Position numbers and translations under genes: made by a program. DNA of 64,000 nt from the NCBI GenBank assembly GCA_963675525.2, contig CAXXSL010000011.1, forward strand, positions 256,001 to 320,000, written 5' to 3'. The stretch's first letter is position 1; each line of letters opens with the position of its first letter. The notes beneath the pieces are model-generated. The model was not told the origin of the DNA. It saw nothing but the letters and a program-made list of their open reading frames with translations, and made no database searches. Origin of the DNA: Anaerohalosphaeraceae bacterium (lineage in GTDB: Bacteria > Planctomycetota > Phycisphaerae > Sedimentisphaerales > Anaerohalosphaeraceae). Positions 10,792-21,778 of the stretch are shown here, one piece after another.

Positions 10792-11682
10792 TTACTTCGG
10801 TAATAAATGCAATTGCTGCATCCATTGCCGGCAAATCTCCGGCCAGGATGCTGCCGGACCGGTATTGGGCCGCATGCCAAAACCATGACCGCCTTTGAGA
10901 TAGATATGCATCTCCGCCGGCACTTTCGCTTTTCGTAAAGCCTCGTAAAAGCGAACACTATTTTCCGGCAGAACCGACTTATCATCATTGGCGTGAACCA
11001 AGAAAGTCGGTGGCGTCTCAGGCGTAACCTGTTTTTCATTCGACATCAACTCGACAAGTTTAGACTCAGGATTTTCGCCCAGCAGTCTCATTTTAGAGCC
11101 TTTGTGCGTAATCTCGTCCTGCATGGAAATGACCGGGTAGATTAACACCATAAAATCAGGCCGGCATGAAACCGTATCAATTGCATCCGCCCCCTCACCG
11201 GTATCAATCGGTTTTTCGAAATGCGTTCCGGCCGAAGACGCCAAATGCCCGCCGGCGGAAAAGCCGATGATCCCGATTTTGTCGGGGTCGATTTTCCATT
11301 CTTTCGCGTGATAACGAACCAGCCGAATCGCTCGCTGCGCATCCATCAGCGGAACCGGATGTCGATACCCATCACCGGGTAACCGATACTTCAGTACAAA
11401 CGCTGAAACACCGATGCTGTTGAAATACTCGGCGATCTGTTTGCCCTCATGATCCAAAGCAAGATGCCCATACCCGCCACCAGGACAGATCACAATCGCA
11501 CCGTTCTCGGCATTTTCGCACGAAACCGGGTAACATGTCAATGTCGGAATGTCTTTCTCTTCATCGCCCAACGTCATGGGAATCGTGTCTTCCCAAAGCC
11601 GAAGAACCGTTTTTTCCGTTGGTTGTGCATACACTCCGCTGCAAAGTAAAACAAAACAAAACACAATCGCTGTTTTCTTCAT
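10792..11682 (-). CDS. Secreted alpha/beta hydrolase (acetylxylan esterase-like)
   Basis: Signal peptide, CPGGGY oxyanion motif, GFSAGGHL nucleophile elbow, HANDDKSV Asp, GGHGFG His. Confidence 0.9.
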   Translation of the reverse strand: MKKTAIVFCFVLLCSGVYAQPTEKTVLRLWEDTIPMTLGDEEKDIPTLTCYPVSCENAENGAIVICPGGGYGHLALDHEGKQIAEYFNSIGVSAFVLKYRLPGDGYRHPVPLMDAQRAIRLVRYHAKEWKIDPDKIGIIGFSAGGHLASSAGTHFEKPIDTGEGADAIDTVSCRPDFMVLIYPVISMQDEITHKGSKMRLLGENPESKLVELMSNEKQVTPETPPTFLVHANDDKSVLPENSVRFYEALRKAKVPAEMHIYLKGGHGFGMRPNTGPAASWPEICRQWMQQLHLLPK

Positions 11683-11694
11683 GGATATCCTTTT

Positions 11695-12627
11695 TTACGG
11701 CGACTCAGTGGATCCATCCAAATCCTGAATTCCGGATATCTGCCTCTCGACGGCAGAAACATCTCGGGCAGGCATATCGACAATACGAACGGGGGCACGA
11801 ACCGGCAGCTCTGTTTGGCGCGAATCCTGCGGGGTTGACTCCATTGCTTCAGGGCTTGCATAGATCGCATTGTGTACAGCCTCTTCGGCAGGCTCAGAGG
11901 TCAGGGGTTTCAGATAAACCGGGCCCTCGCTGTCGGGCTGTTCGGCCCAGATCAGCTTGTTACGTATCAACTCCAGCATCGCCAAAAACAGACCGATCAT
12001 GACCAGTCGATTATGACGTTCTTCAAAAACTCTCTCCAGTGTCATCGGCCCATCAGCCTGCAGGCGATTCAGCAATTCGATCTGATACAGGTCTATCGGC
12101 GTGTCATCCTGAATATGTTTATAGCTGTCGCCCAGATTGCCCACCGACTTCATAATGCCGTCAAACGCCTCCAGCAGCGTCCAGATACTGACCTGATCTA
12201 AATCCAGTTGGGGCTCTTCGGTCGGCTTGATCTTTTCGAGAATATAATCGGAACGAGTAAACCGCTGCTTACGTTCTTCGCCGGCCTCCTGCAGCATATT
12301 GGCCGCGTCTTTGAAGCGTTTGTATTCCAGTAACTGACGCACCAGTTCCGCACGCGGGTCTCCAGCCTCTTCATCGCCCTCTTCCGACGTCTCGGCCTGG
12401 GGCAGCAGCATCACCGACTTGATCTCCATCAGCGTCGCGGCCATCACCAGAAATTCTCCCGCCAGTTCCAGGTCGAACATTTTCAGCAGTTCGACATACT
12501 CAATATACTGGGCCGTAACCTTTGCGATCGGGATATCGTAGATATCCACTTCCTCTTTACGGACCAGATACAATAATAGATCCAGCGGTCCGGCAAAGAT
12601 GTCTAAATTAACACGGTATTGGCTCAT
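11695..12627 (-). CDS. scpA: Segregation and condensation protein A (kleisin)
   Basis: FAGPLDLLLYLVRKEEVDIYDIPIA, GEFLVMAATLMEIKS, DPRAELVRQLLEYKRFK, FLAMLEL. Confidence 0.95.
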   Translation of the reverse strand: MSQYRVNLDIFAGPLDLLLYLVRKEEVDIYDIPIAKVTAQYIEYVELLKMFDLELAGEFLVMAATLMEIKSVMLLPQAETSEEGDEEAGDPRAELVRQLLEYKRFKDAANMLQEAGEERKQRFTRSDYILEKIKPTEEPQLDLDQVSIWTLLEAFDGIMKSVGNLGDSYKHIQDDTPIDLYQIELLNRLQADGPMTLERVFEERHNRLVMIGLFLAMLELIRNKLIWAEQPDSEGPVYLKPLTSEPAEEAVHNAIYASPEAMESTPQDSRQTELPVRAPVRIVDMPARDVSAVERQISGIQDLDGSTESP

Positions 12628-12878
12628 TGGTCGCTTTCAGCATCGTCATCACCCAGTTGGGTCTTTTCGGCAAGAATCTGTTTTGCCTTTTCAACATCCT
12701 TTTCAAATACCTGCAACTCAACGTTAAATGATGTGCTGCTGTACGGTTTGATCGCACCGATTTCTTCGCCGAGCACAACAGAATTGATTCCGGCGTTATC
12801 GAGCGCAAGCTTGGCAAACTCGGCATCAAACCCGTTTTCAAATTCGGCAATCGTCACAAGCTTTTCATTTTCTTTCAT
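12624..12878 (-). CDS. DUF2007-family small protein
   Basis: LVTIAEFENGFDAEFAKLALDNAGINSVVLGE...VELQVFEKDVEKAKQIL; overlaps both trpS and scpA. Confidence 0.75.
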   Translation of the reverse strand: MKENEKLVTIAEFENGFDAEFAKLALDNAGINSVVLGEEIGAIKPYSSTSFNVELQVFEKDVEKAKQILAEKTQLGDDDAESDQ

Positions 12879-13847
12879 TTCGTATCTCTCCCAAACCAAT
12901 CGCGTCACGCACCCGCTTCATGGTCGTTTTAGCAACAGCTCTTGCCTTTTGTGCCCCCTGACTCAGGACCTGTTCGACATAGTCGTGGTCGTTTTCCAGG
13001 TCTTGTCGCTTTTGCCTAAAGGGGCGAAAATAGTCATGCATTAATTCTACCACACGCTTCTTGACCGTGCCATAGCCAATGCCGCCGGAACGATATTTTT
13101 GTTCCCATTCGGCCAGTTCCGCCGGCTCGGAAACCAGTTTCAGGAATGCAAAAATGCTGCATGTATCAGGATCTTTGGGGTCTTCAACGGGCGTAGAATC
13201 GGTCACAATTCGCATGATCTTTTTCTTGACGCTGTTTTCCGGCTCAAATATCTCGATAGCATTATCGTAGCTTTTGCTCATTTTCCTGCCGTCAATACCG
13301 GGGACAACCGCTACAGACTTCAAGATATGCTCATCCGGCAGGACAAATGTCTCGCCATACATATTGTTGAATTTTATCGCGATATCGCGGGTTACCTCGA
13401 TATGCTGCTTCTGGTCAGCTCCCACCGGCACCAGATTGCTGTCAAACATCAGAATATCCGCCGCCTGCAGAACCGGGTAGGCAAACAACCCATGCACCGG
13501 CGATAAACCCTGCGCAACCTTGTCCTTGAAACTGGTACAGCGCTGCAACAGTCCCATCGGCGTTACGCAAGACAGGATCCAAGCCAGTTCGGTCACTTCC
13601 GGCACATCGGACTGACGCCAAAAAACCGTCTTTTCCGGGTCCAGCCCCAATGCCAGATAATCCATCGCCACCCCCAGAATATTCGCTTTGATGGCCTCCG
13701 GTTGCGGATTGGTCGTCAAGGCATGGTAATCCGCAATAAAGTAAAACCCCTCATTTTCTGCCTGCAACTGAAGATGCTGTCGCATCGCACCAAAAAATTT
13801 CCAATATGCAATTTGCCCGTAGGCTGAATTCCTGAAAGTACTCGCAA
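12865..13847 (-). CDS. trpS: Tryptophanyl-tRNA synthetase, with a 1-nt deletion near 13792-13797 (probable sequencing error)
   Basis: AGGAGG then TTG start giving LRVLSGIQPTGKLHIGN in one frame. The T-run is one base short, and the rest (YPVLQAADIL, VPVGADQKQH, KMSKS) is in another frame. Confidence 0.93.
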
Positions 13848-14158
13848 TATGACCTCCTGAGTTCATTTAATTATAAGTATCGGCAAAGCGTACCATTTTT
13901 GCCTTTCCAAGTCAAGAATTCTCATTTTAAGACCATAGGATCAGCAATCTCCCTATAAAAAAACGAGGTTTTTTATTGTTCCAGCCGTGCGCACATATCC
14001 CTGAGATTTAACAGGCCTATTTCACATTATTGCTCATTTTTTTATTGATTTTCATCAAATAATCCGTATTTTGGCTTTTTTCAAAAGATACCGCACTCTC
14101 AAGCGGAAAAAAACCTGTCCAGTATTCAAAATTCTTATTTATAGAAAGGAAAGGTGTC

Positions 14159-16141
14159 ATGTCAGAAGAAAAAAAAGGAATGGAGTCTCTACAGTCCGAG
14201 GGACGGAAATTCCCCCCACCCGCCAACATCCAATCCAATGCCTGGGTCAACAGCATGGACCAATACCAGCAAATGTGGGATCAATCCATTAATGATCCGG
14301 ATGGTTTCTGGCTGGAACAAGCCAAAACGTTGACCTGGTCCAAAGAACCTACCGAAAGCCTGAAATACACATGGGATACCAAAGCTCGTAAGGTCGAGCA
14401 CACGTGGTTTGCCGACGGGGAATTGAACGTTTCATACAACTGTCTGGATCGCCACCTTGGCACACCGATTGCGAAGAAGAAAGCCATCGTCTGGCAAGGC
14501 GAAGACGACAGTGCCGTAAAAGAATTCACCTACGAAGAATTGCATCAGGAAGTCTGTAAATTCGCCAACGTCATGAAAGCCAAAGGTATCAAGAAAGGCG
14601 ACCGCGTCGCTATTTATATGCCGATGGTTCCGGAGTTGGCAATCGTAATGCTGTCTTGTACTCGTATCGGTGCAATTCACTCGATTATTTTCGGTGGTTT
14701 CAGTGCCGATGCAATTCAGGGCCGTGTTAATGACTCAGACTGCAAAATGCTGATCACCTCCAATGTTTCACTACGTGCGGGCAAGCACATTCCGCTCAAG
14801 AAGATCTCCGATGAAGCCCTGGAAAAATGTCCGACGATTGAAAGCTGTATCGTCACGAAAGTCACCGATGACCCCTGCAACATGAAAGACGGCCGGGACT
14901 TCTGGTATCATGATGTAATGGCGAAAGCCAGTGCAGACTGCCCCGCCGAGCCGATGAATGCCGAAGACCCGCTGTTTATCCTCTATACCTCCGGCTCAAC
15001 CGGCAAACCCAAGGGCGTTGTCCACACAACCGGCGGCTACCTGCTGCATACATCACTGACACACAAAATCATCTTTAACATTCATGAAGATGACATGTAC
15101 TGGTGTACCGCTGATATCGGGTGGGTCACCGGCCACAGTTATATCGTTTACGGTCCGTTGGCCAACGGTGCCACCAGTCTGATGTTTGAAGGCGTGCCGA
15201 CCTATCCGGATGCCGGCCGTTTCTGGCAGATCTGTGATAAATTCGGCGTAACCGTATTCTACACGGCTCCGACTGCCATTCGTGCCCTCATGCGTCTGGG
15301 CGAAGAGTGGGTCATGAAATATAAACTGGATACCATGCGGATTCTCGGTTCGGTGGGTGAACCCATCAACCCGGAAGCCTGGATGTGGTATTATGAAAAA
15401 GTCGGTCGTAAAAAATGTCCGATCGTTGATACCTGGTGGCAGACCGAAACCGGCGGTTTTATGATTACCCCGATGCCGGGTGCGATGACTCTCAAGCCGG
15501 GCAGTGCGTCCCGTCCGTTCTTCGGTGTCGATCCGGTTGTCCTGCGTGACGACAGAAGCGAAGTTGACAGAAACGAAGGCGGCAAGCTGTGTATCCGCAA
15601 GCCCTGGCCCGGTATGATGCGTACAATGTGGGGTGACCACGAGCGCTTTATCGACACCTACTTCACTATGTACAATGACATCTACTTTGCCGGCGATGGT
15701 TGCCGCATTGATGAAGATGGCGATTACTGGCTGATGGGACGCATCGATGACGTCGTGAATGTTTCCGGTCACCGTATCGGTACCGCCGAAGTCGAAAGCG
15801 CACTGGTCAGCCATGACAAGGTTGCCGAAGCCGCTGTTACGCCGGTTCCGCACGAAATTAAGGGACAGGGGTTGTATGCCTACGTCACATTGGTTGACGG
15901 CATCCAGGAAAGCGATGAGCTCAAAAAAGAGTTGATAAAGCACGTTCGCAAGGAGATTGGCCCCATCGCAGCACCGGAAGCCATCCAGTTTGCACCGGCA
16001 CTGCCGAAAACCCGTTCGGGCAAGATCATGCGTCGTATCCTCCGGAAGATTGCCGAAAAAGACACCGGCAACCTGGGCGATATTTCAACGCTGGCCGATC
16101 CGAGCGTCGTCGAACATCTGATCGCCAATCGTGGTCAATAA
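14159..16141 (+). CDS. acs: Acetyl-CoA synthetase (AMP-forming)
   Basis: [59 protein letters not shown]. Confidence 0.97.
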   Translation: MSEEKKGMESLQSEGRKFPPPANIQSNAWVNSMDQYQQMWDQSINDPDGFWLEQAKTLTWSKEPTESLKYTWDTKARKVEHTWFADGELNVSYNCLDRHLGTPIAKKKAIVWQGEDDSAVKEFTYEELHQEVCKFANVMKAKGIKKGDRVAIYMPMVPELAIVMLSCTRIGAIHSIIFGGFSADAIQGRVNDSDCKMLITSNVSLRAGKHIPLKKISDEALEKCPTIESCIVTKVTDDPCNMKDGRDFWYHDVMAKASADCPAEPMNAEDPLFILYTSGSTGKPKGVVHTTGGYLLHTSLTHKIIFNIHEDDMYWCTADIGWVTGHSYIVYGPLANGATSLMFEGVPTYPDAGRFWQICDKFGVTVFYTAPTAIRALMRLGEEWVMKYKLDTMRILGSVGEPINPEAWMWYYEKVGRKKCPIVDTWWQTETGGFMITPMPGAMTLKPGSASRPFFGVDPVVLRDDRSEVDRNEGGKLCIRKPWPGMMRTMWGDHERFIDTYFTMYNDIYFAGDGCRIDEDGDYWLMGRIDDVVNVSGHRIGTAEVESALVSHDKVAEAAVTPVPHEIKGQGLYAYVTLVDGIQESDELKKELIKHVRKEIGPIAAPEAIQFAPALPKTRSGKIMRRILRKIAEKDTGNLGDISTLADPSVVEHLIANRGQ

Positions 16142-16160
16142 TACAGCTTAAACGCAATTT

Positions 16161-16196
16161 GCCGGGTGTGTTTTAATAACATACCCGGCTTTCTTT
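16161..16196 (+). terminator. Intrinsic terminator-like hairpin after acs
   Basis: gccgggtgtgtt-loop-aacatacccggc followed by tttcttt. Confidence 0.6.
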
Positions 16197-16215
16197 GATT
16201 CTGAAAGGAAGCAAC

Positions 16216-17574
16216 ATGTCAGAACAAAAAGTCATGAATCGCTGGTGGGTGGTAGTCGGCGGAATTTTGATTCAGCTTTGTCTTGGGGCCATTTACGCAT
16301 GGAGTGCATTCACGAAACAGCTAACCGACACCGGTTTCACAAAAACCCAAACACAAGTTATTTTTGCGCTGGGCCTGTTGACATTTGCCGTCGTAATGGC
16401 GCTGTTTGCAGGCCGATGGCAAAAAAAAGCAGGACCTCGTATTGTCGCCATCGCAGGTGGCATTGTTCTGGGATTAGGCTACCTGTTGGCAGGCTTTTTC
16501 AGGGACTAATGAAAATCCGAGTTTCTGGGGTATATTGATTGGTGTCGGCCTGCTCGGCGGAGCCGGAATCGGCCTGGGATATGTCTGTCCGATCGCGGCA
16601 CTGGTCAAATGGTTTCCCGACAAGAAGGGACTCATCACGGGATTGGCTGTAGCGGGTTTTGGTTTCGGGGCACTCATCTGGATTAAAATGACCAGTGGCT
16701 TTCAGTTTGGTCCTGTCAATCTGACTCCCGGCTGGGCGGGGTTTCTACGGAATGGGCTGGGGCGTTTGCGAGGTTTTCAAACTATATGGCGTGATGTTTG
16801 CAGTATTAGTGATTATCGGCGCTTTGCTGATGGTCAATCCACCGGAGGGTTGGAAGCCCGCAGGTTGGCAGCCGGACATGAGCAAAGCAGCAACATCCGG
16901 TGGTATCGATTTAACCGAAGGCCAGATGGTTCGCACCTCTCAGTTCTGGATTCTGTTTTTGACATTTACAGCAGGCGGAATGGCGGGGTTGATGGTCATT
17001 GGCATTATCAAACTGTTCGGCATTGATGCGTTGACGGCCAGCGGCATTGAACTAACGAAGGCGAATGTCATTACCGGAACCGCAATGGGATTGTTTTACG
17101 CCTTTTTGAACGGCATCGGACGAATTGTCTGGGGTGCTGTTTCCGACAAAACCGGCCGGAAAAAACGCTATCGTTCTGATGAGTGCGGCACAGGGTGTTA
17201 TGATGATCGTTTTTTACTTTATCGGTGGAAATGAAATCGGTTTGTATATCGGAGCTGCTATCATCGGGTTTAACTTCGGCGGAAATTTCGCCCTGTTTCC
17301 CGCAGCCACCGCAGATTATTTCGGCAATAAAAACGTGGGCACCAATTACCCCTGGGTGTTTATGGCCTATGGCGTCGGCGGTGTCGTTGGCCCCATTCTC
17401 GGCGGAAAAATGGGAGATGCGCAAGCATGGATGTGGGCGTTTATTCCCTGCGGCATCGCTTGTCTGGTCGCAGCCGGGCTTTCCATGATGCTGCGGCCTG
17501 TTGAGATGAGCGGTATTGCTGTCAAACCGAATTCTCCCGAGCCGGAGCTTTCAGCTGAAGCAAAGCCGGAATAA
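16216..17574 (+). CDS. OFA-family (oxalate:formate antiporter-like) MFS transporter, split by three +1 frameshifts
   Basis: Consecutive fragments NRWWVVVGGILIQLCLGAIYAWS / GIGLGYVCPIAALVKWFPDKKGLITGLAVAGFG / NGIGRIVWGAVSDKTGRK / GGNFALFPAATADYFGNKNVG. Breaks sit in T or A runs at ~16495, ~16743 and ~17160. Confidence 0.85.
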
Positions 17575-17598
17575 CATTTACATGTTTTAAAAAACCAA

Positions 17599-17630
17599 GC
17601 GGCCCGGTGTAAAAACGCCGGGTCGTTTTT
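17599..17630 (+). terminator. Intrinsic terminator
   Basis: gcggcccggtgt-aaaa-acgccgggtcgt followed by a T-tract. Confidence 0.75.
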
Positions 17631-17665
17631 ATTTTTGTAGAAACCGAACGAACAGGGGTCTTAAA

Positions 17666-18049
17666 ATGACGTTTTGTACCTCAATTAACTGTATGGATGG
17701 CAGAGTCCAACTGCCGGTTATAAACTATTTAATGGAACGGTTTGGAGTGGAGTATGTCGATTCCATTACCGAGCCGGGGCCGGTCAAAATCCTTGCCGAA
17801 CAGACCGACCAGGCCCTGCTGGATTCGATTTTAAAGCGAGTTTCAGTTTCTACCGAGAAACACGGCAGCAAATCGATTGCTATCTGCGCTCACCCTGATT
17901 GTGCGGGGAATCCTGTCGATGATGAGACACAAAAAGACCAACTCCGAAAAGCAACAGAACTTTTAAAAGGCCAATACCCCAACACTGAAGTCCTCACCCT
18001 CTGGCTGGACATCAACTGGGATGTCTACGAGCTATCGTCTATTACTTAA
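17666..18049 (+). CDS. Small beta-carbonic-anhydrase-like protein
   Basis: Zn-ligand motifs CMDGR and HPDC with beta-CA spacing. Confidence 0.75.
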   Translation: MTFCTSINCMDGRVQLPVINYLMERFGVEYVDSITEPGPVKILAEQTDQALLDSILKRVSVSTEKHGSKSIAICAHPDCAGNPVDDETQKDQLRKATELLKGQYPNTEVLTLWLDINWDVYELSSIT

Positions 18050-18750
18050 CTTCCCATTTCGCCGAATGCTTGATGAACTTGTTCTGGACGATGATTCCGA
18101 TCACGGTCGGAACGATGATCGCAAACGGGCAAAAACCACTGATAATGGTCCAGAAAAATTAAATCATGCACATAGGTCGTCGGCGGCTCTTTGATATTCG
18201 TTTCGTATTGATGCAGCAGTCCCAGCATCCCGGTTGTCATCAGAGCGCTGCCGCCGAGACTGGTAAACAGCATGACGGAGGCCTTCAGCAGAATAAACGA
18301 GATCAATCCGCCCGCCACCACACCAATGATAACGCCCGCCCAGATATACATCTGTGGCAATCCGCAGGCATACCAGATACCGCCTGTCAAAACACCACCG
18401 GCCGCCGCACCAAGGATCGAGACGCACCACTTCATCAGCGGCACGGAAATGACCGCAAAGACAACCAGTCCGAGAATGCCCCCCCACATCTCCGTGATAA
18501 ACGAAAACGACGTTCCGGCCAGGATTCCTAAAAACATCCCCGCCAGACCGAAACAGATCACCACCAGGACCCGGAAAATCCGCCAGCCGTAAAGCATATA
18601 CACGATCCCTACCGAAATCGCGATGACCGCATGCAGCCAGCTTAGATCCGTGATCTGCTGCCAGATAAAATCCACCGGTACAACATCGACATCCTGTGCC
18701 GAGACCGTCGTTTGGCCACTCATTGTTGCTAATAAGCCCAATGCATTCAT
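18042..18750 (-). CDS. Polytopic membrane protein (DUF4203/TMEM198-like), +1 frameshift near 18123
   Basis: LYGWRIFRVLVV, Gly-rich TM helices, FTSLGGS. Removing one T restores a final TM helix (PVAIIVPTVIGIIVQ) that ends at TAA 18042-18044. Confidence 0.65.
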
Positions 18751-19514
18751 TTTTTATCTTCCTCTTTAAGAGCTTCTTTTATCAATTCCGTTTTCTTCGG
18801 CACAACCGGACACAACCAAAGCTGCAGTAAGGCGCCGATAACGGCCATCACAACCGCGATCAGGGCAAAAAACTGACGGCCCTCGGCAATCTTATTGATA
18901 GGCTCCGAACCTTTATACAACAAGAGAATCATCATGCCGGAATAGGTCAGCATCGTCCCAATGATCGAACAGGTCGCCGCACAGACCAGCCGCCAACGCC
19001 ACAGACCCAATACTCCTACGACAAAGACAGCCGCAATCGCCATCAATTTTCTTGACTGCGGAATATTGCTTACTGCCTGCTTGGTGGCTTGCCTGACCTG
19101 CGCGATCTTTGCCTGTACCCATTCGACACTTTCCAGAAAATCAAACTTTTGTTCAATGACCGGTAGATTGTCTACCGTTTTGGGTTTTTCGAAGCCGACC
19201 ATAACCGGCACGAATAATACCAGTATCGCCGCGACCAGGCCGCCTAAGACCACCACAATGAACTTATGAAAATAAACACCTAAGCCAGCCAGGATCACGG
19301 GAAATAATATCATCGGCACGAACTGCCGCTCTGTAAAAAACCAGGCGCATAACAACCCCGTCAGGGCCGCACTGAACGCGGCCAAGGTCTTCAGCCAACG
19401 CAAGCCGCCCAGCCACATAAAAAGGCCCGCACCTACCAGGACAAGGCCGGGAGCAACCAGCACGATCGGCAGAACCTGCTGAATCGTATCTTGTATTTCT
19501 CCAAAGAGGTCCAT
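18747..19514 (-). CDS. Polytopic membrane protein, likely a distant paralog of the downstream gene
   Basis: FMWLGGLRWLK start, 6-7 TM helices, TCSIIGT, terminal IGALLQ motif; ATGA overlap with the downstream gene. Confidence 0.6.
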   Translation of the reverse strand: MDLFGEIQDTIQQVLPIVLVAPGLVLVGAGLFMWLGGLRWLKTLAAFSAALTGLLCAWFFTERQFVPMILFPVILAGLGVYFHKFIVVVLGGLVAAILVLFVPVMVGFEKPKTVDNLPVIEQKFDFLESVEWVQAKIAQVRQATKQAVSNIPQSRKLMAIAAVFVVGVLGLWRWRLVCAATCSIIGTMLTYSGMMILLLYKGSEPINKIAEGRQFFALIAVVMAVIGALLQLWLCPVVPKKTELIKEALKEEDKK

Positions 19515-19604
19515 AATAGTCTATAGTCATTATCGGCCTGAAAGAGTAAAAACCCTTAAAATTGGGTAAATGAAAAGAAATGAAAAGCAATGCGCATAAA
19601 AAAA

Positions 19605-19688
19605 TGCGGATGAGAGGATTTGAACCTCCACGTCCCAAAGGACACAGGCACCTGAAGCCTGCGCGTCTGCCAATTCCGCCACATCCGC
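19605..19688 (-). tRNA. tRNA-Leu(CAG)
   Basis: GCGGATGTGGCGGAATTGGCAGACGCG-CAGGC-TT-CAG-GT-GCCTG, long variable arm, GGAGGTTCAAATCCTCTCATCCGCA; upstream TTGACG-N16-TATATT. Confidence 0.97.
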
Positions 19689-19989
19689 AACAAAGGGGGT
19701 AATATACTTGTTTTTGAGCCCGCGTCAAGAAGTTTTATGCTGATTTCATCGGGTTTTATGACATAAAATCACATCGGAAAACCGCTGTTTTCCAACAGCG
19801 GCACACGTTGGATCGCCACGCTGGAATATAAAGATTTCCCCGGACAGTCAAATTTCTCATAATATCTTAATAAAACAACACTTAAAGAAAAATTCAACGG
19901 CAAACACAATAGCTCTTAATAAATATTCAGAGTTTTTTTGGATAATTATCAATCCTGCGGTCACCAAAATCATCTTTATTCGTGGGTAT

Positions 19990-20212
19990 ACCCTGAAATA
20001 ATTCGAGGCCGCCTGAGTTGTATAAGTTGCAGGATCAGGCTGCGGCAGAACGAGCTGTGTATAACATAATGGGATGGGTTCGGTGACCCCCCAATACTAA
20101 CCCTCTACCATCCGGGGGCGTGACGACAGATACCTTTAACAAACAGTTCTGCGTCCCCGGATCTCTTTTAAAATAAAAAGCCCTGATTGTCGGTGCTGAC
20201 AATCAGGGCTTT
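19990..20212. ncRNA. Candidate structured ncRNA, family unassigned
   Basis: ORF-free GC-rich stretch in AT-rich intergenic DNA with several complementary segments, ending at a strong hairpin. Confidence 0.3.
20177..20212. terminator. Bidirectional terminator hairpin
   Basis: aaagccctgattgtc-ggtgct-gacaatcagggcttt, a perfect 15-bp stem just after the SPFH stop. Confidence 0.85.
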
Positions 20213-20235
20213 GGTTGTGTCTAAACAGGCGGATT

Positions 20236-21192
20236 TTAGTTTTGCAGTTTTCCTGTCTTCAAAACAGCCGTCGCAGTCTTGATCACACCGGCGATATCCG
20301 CCAGATCCGTCGGAATAATCATCGAATTATTCGTCTGTGCCAGTTTCCCGAACTCATTAATATACTGCTCGGCAATTCGCAGATTAACAGCACTCGAACC
20401 CCCCTCTTCGTTGATGGCTTTGGCGATCTCGCGAATCCCCAGCGCAGTTGCCATCGCCACTTTCTCAATTTCGGCAGCACGGCCCTCGGCTTCATTAATA
20501 CGTTTTTGCTTTTCTCCTTCTGACTGGGCGATCATTTGCTGCTTTTCACCTTCGGCTCGGTTGATCTTAGCCTGGCGATCCCCTTCCGACTCGGCAATCA
20601 CCGCTCGTTTCTCACGCTCGGCACGCATTTGTTTTTCCATCGCATCTTTAATGCTCTTAGGCGGGAGAATATTCTTCACTTCATAACGGGTCACCTTGAC
20701 GCCCCACGGATCAGAGGCTTTATCCACGGCGGCAACAATCGCACAGTTGATCACGTCACGTTCCTCAAAGGTCTTGTCGAGGTCCAGTTTGCCCATCACG
20801 CTACGCATTGTCGTCTGAGCCAGTTGCGTGGACGCAAAGCGATAGTCATTAATCCCGTACGAGGCTCTTTTGGGGTCAAAAACCTGCATGTACAAAATGC
20901 CGTCCACCTCTACGGCGATATTGTCCCTGGTAATACACTGCTGCGGGGGGACATCCACCGCCTGTTCTTTTAAGGTGTGCCTGTAAGCGACCTGGTCAAC
21001 GAACGGAATCAGTATGTGGAAACCTGCTTCCAGTGTTTTGGAGTACTTTCCGAGCCGTTGGACGATGTAGGCTTCTTTTTGCGGCACAATACGGATGGTT
21101 TTGAAAAAGGCAACCAAGACAAATGCAACAATCACCAACAAAAAGACCATTAACGGATCCACCTCTGCCAGTATGTTTATTGTATGAAACAT
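20236..21192 (-). CDS. SPFH/band-7 stomatin-like protein (paraslipin/QmcA type)
   Basis: IVPQKEAYIVQRLGKY, CITRDNIAVEVDG, QLAQTTMRSVMG, AMEKQMRAEREKRA, LRIAEQYINEFGKLA. Confidence 0.93.
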   Translation of the reverse strand: MFHTINILAEVDPLMVFLLVIVAFVLVAFFKTIRIVPQKEAYIVQRLGKYSKTLEAGFHILIPFVDQVAYRHTLKEQAVDVPPQQCITRDNIAVEVDGILYMQVFDPKRASYGINDYRFASTQLAQTTMRSVMGKLDLDKTFEERDVINCAIVAAVDKASDPWGVKVTRYEVKNILPPKSIKDAMEKQMRAEREKRAVIAESEGDRQAKINRAEGEKQQMIAQSEGEKQKRINEAEGRAAEIEKVAMATALGIREIAKAINEEGGSSAVNLRIAEQYINEFGKLAQTNNSMIIPTDLADIAGVIKTATAVLKTGKLQN

Positions 21193-21211
21193 GTAATTCT
21201 CCCTTCTGTAA

Positions 21212-21670
21212 TTATAAAGGTTTAACAATTAACGTCAGATTATCACGACCGACGATCTCGACCATTTTTCCGGCCTGAATATCGCAGTCCGACTGTGCTT
21301 TCCAATCCACGCCGTTTAATTCAACACTGCCGGTTTGCGGGGGCTTGATCGCATGGGTCACAACAATTTTAAGCCCAATGAATTCCTCCAGATCTTCGGC
21401 AGCATTCTGTTTGGAATAAACATGACCGACGAAAATCCCCCGGATCCATTTTCGCAGGACCAGCAGCAACGCGACTGAACTGATCAGAAAAATAATTAGC
21501 TGGGTATTGACGGAAATGGGCGCGAATAAACAGATCAGCGCTACGACCCAAGCCCCGATACCGAAGAAAAAGACGATCAACCCGGGAATCGCAAACTCCA
21601 TCATCAGTAATATCAATCCGATCAGCGCCCAGATGAATTCGGGCTTTAAGAAATCTTTAATCCAGTCCAT
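21212..21670 (-). CDS. Short NfeD-family protein
   Basis: Three TM helices plus OB-fold GSVELNGVDWKA...VEIVGRDNLTLIV; canonical position upstream of SPFH. Confidence 0.9.
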   Translation of the reverse strand: MDWIKDFLKPEFIWALIGLILLMMEFAIPGLIVFFFGIGAWVVALICLFAPISVNTQLIIFLISSVALLLVLRKWIRGIFVGHVYSKQNAAEDLEEFIGLKIVVTHAIKPPQTGSVELNGVDWKAQSDCDIQAGKMVEIVGRDNLTLIVKPL

Positions 21671-21778
21671 GTGTACTCCTTTCATTGACGATTCCGTTTG
21701 CGTATTATTTTACGCCTTCTGGAATCCATGTCACGCTTATTTTGGACCTAAAAATCGGAAAATTACCACTTCTATCCT

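Noticed and set aside
13792..13797. Programmed frameshift regulating trpS
   Set aside because: Similar indels affect unrelated genes in the window, so sequencing error is the simpler explanation.
15053..15943. Long antisense ORFs (also 23897-24751, 30704-31375, 32827-33573, 58105-58812, 62756-63649)
   Set aside because: Shadow or alternate frames of confident GC-rich genes, with no motifs of their own.
19990..20170. Retron msr-msd, tmRNA or SRP identity for the structured segment
   Set aside because: No adjacent RT, no tRNA-like ends and no SRP CAGG...GGAA...AGCAG core.
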